In this document: piece after piece, positions 1 through 8,986 of the stretch | Layout: the number at the start of each line of letters is the position of its first letter | Position numbering within the stretch: the first letter of the stretch is position 1 | Source of the DNA: Iphione sp. A-MEVVRFRX5 | Taxonomy: Eukaryota | Length of the DNA stretch: 64,000 nt | NCBI GenBank assembly: GCA_976226885.1 | Contig: OZ320323.1 | Coordinates: 25,978,001-26,042,000 of the forward strand | Direction of reading: 5' to 3' | Program-made: the position numbers and the translations under genes | The notes under the pieces: model-generated | The model's input: only the letters and a program-made list of their open reading frames with translations | Databases searched by the model: none | Told to the model about the DNA's origin: nothing

Positions 1-1442
1 GGATGGGAAACGCCCTAATACCAGCGACTGGAGGAAGATCCAAGTGAGAAACGAATGACAGTTTAGGAGCAGCGGCTTTAGTACTCTTGTGGGGATGCCA
101 TGAATACCTGATGGTTTGGTGAGCTTCTGTTTCTGAATGCACTTTAACACCTCAGGAGGAGTAGGGGCAGGCAGCTCAAACTGTTCTTCAGGTGAGCTTG
201 AAAGATTGCTTACCGTGGGAGATAAGTGTTTGGTCAAGACACTAACCTCATCCAGAAAGTGCCTGTTAAAGGCCGAAGCTAGATTAACTGTATCCGCCGG
301 GTCGCGAGAGGGAAGTTTGGTGGTGGTGGATTTCCTACCTAAGGCTGCATTCAGTATGCCCCAGCCAGACTTAGAGTCACCTTCAACTCTGTGGAGGCGA
401 TTACACCAGAAGGCACGACGTTCCGCTCGAATAATACTCCGAACTCTTTTATTAAGGAATTTAAAGATCCTTTTACTATCCTCTTCACCAGTGGATTTCC
501 ATTGCCGGAAAAAGTACCGTCTATCTAGGATAAGTTCATGTAGTGCTCTACTGGGGGAGAATCCATCGCGATCTTTCTTGACTTTTATTCTTATAGGAGG
601 GCACATAATATCTAGCTGAGAACAGACAGAATTTTCAAAGGACTCCCATTTCACCTCATGATCCCCCCTCTCTTCTAGAGTCCCTTCCCTTTCCAGGTAG
701 TCATGGATTACTACCAGATCAGCATTGGACCATTTCCGAACGATTATCTCATCTTTGATTTGTTGGAGATTACCCTTCTTTAGAGTCAGTGTGACTGGTA
801 GGTGATCACTTGCGAAGTAATCCATAGTGTGACCCTCATTGTGATCATAAGAGTTAATCCAAATATGATCTAAGCAGTGATTTGTTGCAATCATGGTCGG
901 ATTGAATATAGTCTGATGGAACCCCCTCCCCCCAGAAAATTTATGATACTGCTACCAATCTTTGAGTGCTCAACATAATTGTAGTTAAAATCCCCTATTA
1001 CTATTTTGTCACTGGCTCTTGTAGAGAAGAACTCATTACATGCAATGGTTAGACTGGACATGGTGTCCTCTAATCGATCGTTTGGAGGTCTGTAGACACC
1101 TAGGATATCAATTTGTTTTCTCTTCCCCGCTTTGAGACTCACACCTAGGAATTCGCAGCTTGAGTCTGGATGTTTGTGTTTCATCACAGAGGTGGTACTA
1201 AACAAGTTTCTGTAATACAGAAGAGTCCCTCCCCCCCTTAATTTACGGTCCCCACATCTGTCAAACCTGACAAAATTGTAACCTGCCACTTCAAGGGCAG
1301 TGTCATCCACGGTATCGTTCAGCCAGGTTTCGGTGATGAAACAGACATCAATTTTCTCATTTTGAAGCAGAACATGAATGTCATCGACTTTTTTTGCAAG
1401 ACTATGTATATTATATGACACTATTTTTACACCAGGTGACAT
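1..1442 (-). CDS. LINE ORF2 N-terminus (apurinic endonuclease + linker) with one -1 frameshift in the G tract at 922-933; partial
   Basis: ATG at 1442 (MSPGVKIVSYNIH). The frame changes between ...NFLGG and GFHQTIFNPT inside a C5-T-C6 run on the + strand; no other lesion down to base 1. Confidence 0.8.
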
Positions 1443-1490
1443 CTTTATGAGACTGGGAAGTAGAACACAATTGGTCCTCACTCTTCATCA
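1..1490 (-). mobile_element. LINE copy A (CR1/L2 group), 5' part of ORF2; runs off the left edge of the window
   Basis: APE endonuclease motifs SYNIHSL, FITETWL, RGGG, YRPP, GDFN in ORF 891..1481. Hand translation of the minus strand from ~915 to 1 is stop-free and gives PTMIATNHCLDHIWIN, ASDHLPV, AFNRHF and KPSGIHGIP, the endonuclease end and the linker to RT. Confidence 0.92.
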
Positions 1491-1980
1491 AATGGGCTTA
1501 GATTCAATAGAAAAAGTATGCTATCCTACAGTTGATATAGATATATAGATATGTGCAATATGAATAAATTTAGTCTCTGTCTGAAGAAGTCAAAGTACTT
1601 TCAAGAAGAATCGGCAGGAAACTGGAAGAACCTGCTATGGGAGAACATGGTGAAGCTGGTTATAACCTACATTAGGGAAATGTTCGTAGGAGCTTAACAG
1701 TTTATAGGAATACACATATGGAAAGATATGGCCAGTCCAAATTGAAGGATGGCAGTTTTAGGATCAGTTTACATGACATTCCACTAAATTCTACAAGATA
1801 TGTTGATGATGAACTCACTTCTGTCTGTTTTAATCACCATTTTTTGCGGACATGAAGGGTCCCTCGGTACAAGGAAACTGCTGATTTTTTTTTGAACTTT
1901 TATTTATCCTGGCAACATATTGAAGCCAGCCATAATTACTGCATTGACATTGATTCGAGAATGTACATATATAGATCTAC

Positions 1981-2041
1981 TATTTACACTATATACAATA
2001 TATACACTATTTACAGATATAAAGTATATACACTATATACA
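1981..2041 (-). repeat. 9-bp-period microsatellite made of six UGUAWAUA motifs (Pumilio response element consensus) in the LINE B 3'UTR
   Basis: TATWTACA on the + strand at 1981, 1990, 1999, 2008, 2025 and 2034; a seventh copy at 2389. Confidence 0.75.
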
Positions 2042-2341
2042 ATACGCATGATGAACATTTGTCCCTATACAAAGTAATATATATATATATATAGATCTTT
2101 ATTTATACTGGTTTTCCTCATACATAAAATGCATTTGCTACCAGTTGTAAATACAATATGATAGAACTTAAATCTAGTTATCTGACTAAAATTCCAAATA
2201 TATTGTGCGAACATTCCAGCCATGTCTGCCCCCTATATCTATCTCCATTTCTTCTACAGTGATCCGGGTACAGGGAGTTGAGGTTTGCGAATAATAGTCA
2301 CCTATTCTTGGTTACATATCATTTTGATAAGTATTGTTTAA

Positions 2342-2691
2342 ATGATCACATCATGTCACTTTATGTATCACTCACCCTAGTATTCGCTTATATACAGTCA
2401 TCTAGATAGGATATAATGCAGTATTTACTGTAGATGATCACATCATCTCATAACAATATAAATATACTAGGGGCAGCTCTAACTACATAGTTCTTCTAAA
2501 CATTTCACCTAGAATTGAGTTTGATATTTATGCAACGATCACATCATGCATATTTAGACATTTCATTACATTGGTACAATAATTTCTATTGATTCTTGTC
2601 CCTCTGAGTCAATATTTGACACGATCACATCGTGCAAGTGTGACCATTTATTCTCTGTCTGTGTGAGATTATGTAATGATCACATCATACA
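2342..2691 (-). promoter_or_regulatory. Five dispersed stem-loops (core GAU-GUG-AUC) in the LINE B 3'UTR; putative cis-acting RNA elements
   Basis: GATCACATC cores at 2344, 2436, 2537, 2623 and 2678, each in a 5-7 bp inverted repeat with compensatory flanks, separated by unrelated AT-rich spacers. Confidence 0.7.
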
Positions 2692-2773
2692 AGCCTCATT
2701 CTAAAGTTAATACATACATATGTAACACGAGCAAGCTTATACAATCAGCTTGTATTACAATTGATTACATTAC

Positions 2774-5599
2774 TTATGGTACCCTCCAGTTGCTTCTTAT
2801 CTGGGCCCTGCTTCGAATTCTTTTCCATAACGCCTTCATTTCTTTTTCATTATAGTTAGTTTCAGTTGGACTCAAACTACCCCAGATTTGCTGGAAATTA
2901 TACGTTAGTGTATTTCTAAAAGCTTCCTTCTTGGGCCATACAATATTAAGTCTACGTCTTCTTGAGGATCGGAGTTGCCTACGATTTGTTACATTACCCT
3001 CTATTTCCATTTTATCCCTATTAATAATATAACCTATCCTCAGAGTACTGGACTTAATATTCCCACACAGTTCAGATTTAATTTCATCTCTACTTGGGCA
3101 TAATCCTGCATCTCCAAATGCACACCGGTAAACCGCCCGTCTTAAGGTCACTAGCTTTTCCATTTTTATTCCGGTCTTTTTCACTAATACATAGTTACCG
3201 TAATCTATTATTGGCAATACCATGGTTTTCGCAATCTTAAAAGCCACTTCTTTATTAATATATTTCCTTATGATCTTGAAATGCCTTAATTTTGAGTATC
3301 CAATTCGAAGTAAGCTAGTCATGTATGGTTGCCACCTAAGTCTAGAATCTATCAATACTCCTAAATATTTAAAGCATGTTACTTCCTCCAACTTCTCACT
3401 GCCTAACTTAATAATTTGTCCTCCTGTTTTTATCGTCTTCCCAAATTTCTGTATTTTTGTTTTCTTTATATTTATCAATATTTTATTACTATAGGCCCAA
3501 CTGTTCACATTATTTAAGTCATCCTGTAGGTGTGCAAATGCAGTGTGATTCTGTCTAGCAATACTTATTAGGACCACATCGTCTGCATATATTATACACC
3601 TACTGTGCATGAGACTTTTTGGTAAATCGTTAATAAACAACAAGAAGAGAAGTGGGCCCATAATAGAACCCTGCGGCACACCACATTTAATGCTCACAGC
3701 TTCTGATACCGCCCCACCTATTTTAGTGATCTGGTACCTGTCATGTAAGTAGTTTTCCATCCAAGGCATTAGTTCCCCCAATCCTAGCGCTCTACATTTC
3801 TGAAGTATTATATCATGTGACACCGAATCAAATGCCTTAGAGAAATCTATATAACAGGCAACTACTTCTAAATTGTCATTCACGGCATTGCTGATTATAT
3901 CCACCATCGTATATATTGCAGTATCAGTCCCTAAACCTTTCCTAAACCCATGTTGAGAGGTTGAAAATAATTTATTTGTTTCCAGGTAATCTGTTATTCT
4001 TCTACAAACGATCTTTTCCATAATTTTGGATATGATAGGTAGCTGACTAATAGGTCGATAGTTATTCAAGTCAGTTTCTTTACCACTTTTATATAATGCT
4101 GTTACAGTCGCGGTTTTCCACACTACTGGTATATCACCGAGTGTTATACTTTCGTTTAATATCTCACATATTTCTGGCAACAACACCAATATAATTTCCT
4201 TCCATATCCACGTTGGGATGTCTGCTAGCATGCTTGCCTTGTTATTGGGTATACTTTTCACGATCTCAATAATTTCTTGTAATATTAAAGGTGAATGCTT
4301 GTAGCTTGTGCCTACCCTTGCTAACGGAATAAAATGCATATTTGACCCTATACTCTCAGCCACCCTAGCTCCAATACCTACGAAGTGGCTATTAAACCTA
4401 TTAGACATTTCCACAATATCTAAGCCAAATACTGTGCTAATGTCCATATGGTCTGAACCATAACCTAATTCATTCTTTATAATTTTCCAGAATTTCTGAG
4501 GATCACTGCGTGTATTTAACAATGTGTTCGAGATATATCTCCTTCTCAAAAATATCCCTGTCCTCTTCACCCTTCCTGTCAGGATCCTGGCTATGAGTCG
4601 GTCCTCTACTAGCCCAGATTTCTTATAGCGTTTTATAGCCTGATGTTTTGATCTTATCAAATCTAGATAGTCCCCTGTTACCCATATGTTCGTTTTAGCC
4701 CTCCTTCTACATCTCTTTTTAGTACATAACTTTTCAATCATATTCTTAACCCTGTTGTACAGTATCTCCCATTTTGTCGTTACATTGTCGGTTGCGTACA
4801 AATCATACCAATCTAAGTTTCTCAGTCTCCCACGCATTTCCACTATATCAATGGAGTTATAATCTACATATTCTATCATTTTCAATGTGTTAGGTATTTT
4901 ACTTCTAGTGATCAAAATGCACTCTACTATATTATGGTCACTTATTGTTCCATCTAACACATCAACATATATATTCTTATTAATATTCGTCACACATAAA
5001 TCTATAGTACTTGAGGAGTCTCTTGTTATCCTCGTAGGTTGGGATACCAACTGCCTTAGGGCGTTCCTACAGCAGAACTCACTTAATTTATTCTTGACGG
5101 AACTTCCTTTTATCCAGTCAATATTTAAGTCTCCAAGTATGATAAACTTTTTGTTAATATTTGCTAATTTATTACGATCTATAATTGTCTGCAGTATATT
5201 TATTGCTTCATCTACCGCACCACTCGGTGGTCTATATGTTGCAATCAGGGTCATTTCATATCTTGGAAGAACTAATTTTAATGTACAATATTCTAAATCC
5301 TCTGTTATAGCAGTATCATTTTCGAGTACCTCATATGTTAACCAAGGAACATTACGTATATATACCAATATGCCCCCACCCCTCTTATATATTCTATCCT
5401 TCCGTATTATACTATATCCAAACTTACTAAACAGTTGAGTAGGATAGGAAGGTATTAGCCACGTTTCACTTAATATCAACACGTCTGGACACAACTTACT
5501 AAATAATACATCAAATTCTTCTCTCTTACCTTGTACACTTCGGATATTCAGATGATATATACTCATCCCACCTGTACCATGATCAGTCATCGTTTCCAT
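2774..5599 (-). CDS. LINE ORF2 protein, 941 aa: APE endonuclease + reverse transcriptase (CR1/L2-like, no RNase H or CCHC seen)
   Basis: Endonuclease motifs HLNIRS, LSETWL, YRPP, GDLNID, PTR...IDL, SDH; RT motifs NYRPISQLP, QHGFRKG, DFSKAFDSV, GVPQGSIMGPLLF, YADD, KYLGV. Uninterrupted frame. Confidence 0.97.
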   Translation of the reverse strand: METMTDHGTGGMSIYHLNIRSVQGKREEFDVLFSKLCPDVLILSETWLIPSYPTQLFSKFGYSIIRKDRIYKRGGGILVYIRNVPWLTYEVLENDTAITEDLEYCTLKLVLPRYEMTLIATYRPPSGAVDEAINILQTIIDRNKLANINKKFIILGDLNIDWIKGSSVKNKLSEFCCRNALRQLVSQPTRITRDSSSTIDLCVTNINKNIYVDVLDGTISDHNIVECILITRSKIPNTLKMIEYVDYNSIDIVEMRGRLRNLDWYDLYATDNVTTKWEILYNRVKNMIEKLCTKKRCRRRAKTNIWVTGDYLDLIRSKHQAIKRYKKSGLVEDRLIARILTGRVKRTGIFLRRRYISNTLLNTRSDPQKFWKIIKNELGYGSDHMDISTVFGLDIVEMSNRFNSHFVGIGARVAESIGSNMHFIPLARVGTSYKHSPLILQEIIEIVKSIPNNKASMLADIPTWIWKEIILVLLPEICEILNESITLGDIPVVWKTATVTALYKSGKETDLNNYRPISQLPIISKIMEKIVCRRITDYLETNKLFSTSQHGFRKGLGTDTAIYTMVDIISNAVNDNLEVVACYIDFSKAFDSVSHDIILQKCRALGLGELMPWMENYLHDRYQITKIGGAVSEAVSIKCGVPQGSIMGPLLFLLFINDLPKSLMHSRCIIYADDVVLISIARQNHTAFAHLQDDLNNVNSWAYSNKILINIKKTKIQKFGKTIKTGGQIIKLGSEKLEEVTCFKYLGVLIDSRLRWQPYMTSLLRIGYSKLRHFKIIRKYINKEVAFKIAKTMVLPIIDYGNYVLVKKTGIKMEKLVTLRRAVYRCAFGDAGLCPSRDEIKSELCGNIKSSTLRIGYIINRDKMEIEGNVTNRRQLRSSRRRRLNIVWPKKEAFRNTLTYNFQQIWGSLSPTETNYNEKEMKALWKRIRSRAQIRSNWRVP

Positions 5600-6039
5600 T
5601 TACAAACATCATCGGAGGCAGATCGGCTGGAGATGCACACATTTCAAATGGATAATCGATTACCAGTGTTACCTGTGGAACAAAACTCACAACACCGGTT
5701 ATCACCTCATCGTACAAATAACCACAGGACAATGTTATCATAAAAAATGTTACATTAATCTTTAAATACATATCTCTATCTATAGTCAAATATATTATAT
5801 TATTTATATTAGTAATTGGCTGCCACATATAGTAGCCAGGCCCATCCCGACGGCGTTTAGTACACATATATATCAGATTACTCAAAAACTACACATCAAA
5901 CAATATTCATATTTCATTTAGTGCACTTACTGGTGGGTGTTAAAGTAGAAGAGTGAAGACGTGCGCAATAGAACATAACCTTAAGTTTATTCTGCCGAAT
6001 CCTAACCCTAGGTCATATAATGGTATTCTAATAGCATTG

Positions 6040-6410
6040 TGATTTAGATCACAAAATCAATTACACAATAACCTAGCAAAGTACGTTCTATCAAATATTA
6101 TGATGAATAATATTAAAATTAATATATATCCATGTATATACTCCGAAAGAAAAGCATCACATGTAATGTATTAGTTAAATAAATAAATCAATACACTATA
6201 AGGATCACATCCAAAGTAGCCATATTATGTCATATTATGAGAACTGTATTAATCCCTTTCTATTCAATTAAGCTCACATCAATTAGCATGTTTTCAGCAA
6301 TAGAGAACTTTATTTATATAGCAGCTTTCACATAGGATCACATCCATTTATATCATCTAACAACTAACTAATTTTAACCACTAGGTAGTATAATCATGGA
6401 TCACATCCAG
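6040..6410 (-). promoter_or_regulatory. Second cluster of the same hairpin (GGAU-GUG-AUCC x3 plus three degenerate copies) between the esterase ORF and ORF2
   Basis: GGATCACATCC at 6202, 6335 and 6398; degenerate copies near 6040-6059, 6154-6164 and 6266-6284; minus-strand AATAAA at 6309-6314 and 5986-5991. Confidence 0.65.
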
Positions 6411-6524
6411 TTCCAGTAACAATTAACAGTGGCTCTAAGCTAGCATACAAATGTTATCTCTGTGTTCTACCCATGTATACAAAATCTCACAGGCATGACG
6501 CAGCGCAGGTAGGAGTACATTTTT

Positions 6525-7205
6525 TCACCAACGGTTGCCATAGATCAGTCGGGTCAGTGCATTAATAATTTTCTTCACTGCTTTTATTTTCCAGGCGACT
6601 CTCAAATGGCATCCATCACGAAGCCTCGCCAGGCGGTGATGCCATCTCCCCCCATGACGTGTATGTATCACAGCATTCACCCATGGGGTTGGGATGCCAA
6701 AGTATCTATTCATAATCATTATACGTTGGTTTACCAGAACAATGGCATCAAACAACATTTCCTGAATCCGTCTGGTTTCAGTTCCACCACGGTATCCATT
6801 GATATGGTAATTATACGTGGCATAGTCCAGGCAAAAGATAGTGGAAAAGACAACAATACTAAACGGATACCGAGATTGTATGGCATACCTACACTGCCAA
6901 AGAGTTCTTTCAATTTCATTCGCAGTGTCCTCAGCAGAACTGTATCGTGGAACAACATACCTCGTACGTCTTCCATCCTGGTTTGCACAGCGGAACATCT
7001 GCGTCACATTGTTGCCGCCACACAACACAACGATGATAGATGGATAGGGATCAAAACTGTCCCATATAATATGGCTTGTCAGTGTTTCCAAGGTAGCTCC
7101 AGGATAGCTCCTCACATGGATATTCCAGCCGTGTCTTGCAAAAATGTTCTCCAGTCCTCCACCATGGCTGGAGGAGAACAAATAAATGAAATTATCCACA
7201 GACAT
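6525..7205 (-). CDS. SGNH/GDSL-family hydrolase (esterase), 226 aa, stand-alone middle ORF of LINE B
   Basis: Block I YLFSSSHGGGL, block II SYPGAT, block III VVLCGGNNV, block V RDGCHL in canonical order and spacing. First ATG at 7205 (the track starts at GTG 7235). Confidence 0.85.
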   Translation of the reverse strand: MSVDNFIYLFSSSHGGGLENIFARHGWNIHVRSYPGATLETLTSHIIWDSFDPYPSIIVVLCGGNNVTQMFRCANQDGRRTRYVVPRYSSAEDTANEIERTLWQCRYAIQSRYPFSIVVFSTIFCLDYATYNYHINGYRGGTETRRIQEMLFDAIVLVNQRIMIMNRYFGIPTPWVNAVIHTRHGGRWHHRLARLRDGCHLRVAWKIKAVKKIINALTRLIYGNRW

Positions 7206-7338
7206 GACAATATGCAAAAACACGTGTAGGCACACTACTCAGGGCAGGGCTAGTACCGAACCGATATTCGCTGTATATAGTCAGCTCAGAGCGTTCGGAA
7301 ACCCACATGCCTGATCTCATGGTAGTGCGTCCATCACA

Positions 7339-8986
7339 TTATAGATCAGCTCGTAGTTTGTCTCTCACTTTCTCCAGAAGTTTCCCAGTCCAATTCTCCC
7401 CTGGGTAGCTGGCATTCGTTATCTGTTTCGAGTTTTTCGGTACACCAGCTCCCCAGAAACGATTCATGGTTCCTTCCACTAAGTGGCGTTTACCCGAGTT
7501 TAGGAGTACCACCCTCGATTCCTTAACCTGTTTGAATTTACAGATTAGAATCTCCTCCATATATGATTTTTTTTAAGCTATCCCACTTAACTATCTTTGG
7601 GAGCTCGGTTCGGATTTTCTTTAGGTCTTTATAAGCTACTGTTCTTTTTGCAATCGACTCCTTAGACTTGATTCCAGCAGCACGACATTTAGCAAAGGTG
7701 TACGCTTGCTCTACGCTTTGGAACTTCTCATCACCCCATGTAAAGCTACATTTGTAGAGGTTTGATAGCGCATTAGTTTCACCAGCAAAACTCAACGGAC
7801 GATACGTTGATGGTAGTTCATAACTACTTGATGCAGCACCAATCATCGGTTGGGTGTCTTCAATCGGCAGATGCTGACTACACTCATCCTCAGCTTGAGT
7901 AGAAGTTGTTGTTTCAGAGTCCATATCTACATCAATCAAGGCTTCATCAATTTTTGACAACTCCGATACTCCATACCACGTATCATTCACTTTAATTCTG
8001 TTATGTCTAACCATCGTGATCACATCAGGATGGTTTTCTTTGATACTTCTTGCAGTCTTACGCAACTCAAACTGGTCATTGCGCTCCTTGGTCGTCAGAT
8101 CAGAATTAATCCAAATTTTCTTATTTGCAATCTTGGATTTTGATCTCATTATCTCTATCTTCTTAGCATTTCGCATCAACCTGACAAATACCGCTGGTTT
8201 TGATGCATCTCGCTTGGCTATTCTATATGCCTGATCTATATCAGTATCTTCTAGTTCAATACCGATATCATTGATAAGGTCAACAACTTTCTCAATCACA
8301 TCTTCCTTGTCACTGAGCTCCAGTCCCTCTATATAAATATTGTTGGAGCGCATTCGTTTGTCTAGTTTTTCAAATTCACCATGTGCTGATATTGGGACTT
8401 TCTGTGCTTTTACTTGTTCCATCTCACGCTTCAGTTGATCATTCTCAAGCCGCAAAGTAGATACATCCTTTTCAAGATCATTGATTCTTTGCATGTTCTT
8501 TCCAATCAACTCATTATGATCCGCCAGTTGTATGGAAATTCCTTCCATTTTGGTCTGAAGAACCTTACACTCGCCTTCCATCTTACTCTGTAAGACCTTA
8601 CATTCACTAGCAAAGCACTCTTTTAACTCATTTTTACTGTTCTCATTTTGCTTCAATATGTCATTCAAAATCTTTTTTAACATAAATACATCTCCTTCAT
8701 CATCACCTAGCAGTTGCAGCTCTGTTAGTGGGCTATTCGGTTTTTTCCTCTTTTTTGACTCCAAATCCTTTGGTGTATCTGGTACATCTGATGATGATAA
8801 TACCATATCAGGTGAACTCATGGTACCAGGCTTATCCTTCACTAGAAAGTCCTTTATACTAGTCTGTCCACACTTAGTGGTAGTTTCCGAACACTCCTCA
8901 CCCTGCGACTGACCCTTCGTGTCCACGCTGACCGCTTGAGTGACCCCAGAGGTCGTTACCCCCTCTATCCCCTGCGCTGTATCCAT
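7339..8986 (-). CDS. LINE ORF1 (coiled coil, RRM, CTD) fused to a C-terminal NADAR/YbiA-like domain; one extra A in the A8 run at 7567-7574 splits it (about 548 aa if restored)
   Basis: Coiled coil, then RSNNIYIEGL, DIDQAYRI, KIWINSDLT (L1-type ORF1 RRM/CTD motifs). Then LSNLYKCSF..FQSVEQAY..AK..W and, after the +1 shift, SYMEEILICKFKQ..LLNSG..LVEG..FWGAG..YPGENWTGKLLEKVR, matching the NADAR pattern. Confidence 0.85.

Noticed and set aside
2342-2691. Iron-responsive element, Roquin CDE, histone or Smaug stem-loop
   Set aside because: The loop is GUG (sense) or CAC (antisense), not CAGUGN or CNGG(N); stem sequences do not match CDE or histone consensus.
6606-7229. 207-aa plus-strand ORF opposite the esterase, and similar antisense ORFs (137..619, 3222..3494, 4887..5438, 30453..31928, 35587..36456)
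   Set aside because: Shadow frames of real coding sequence with no recognisable motifs.
7339-8986. Bacterial DarT-NADAR toxin-antitoxin locus or contamination
   Set aside because: No ADP-ribosyltransferase ORF nearby; NADAR is fused to a LINE ORF1 within a poly(A)-tailed element in intron-containing DNA.
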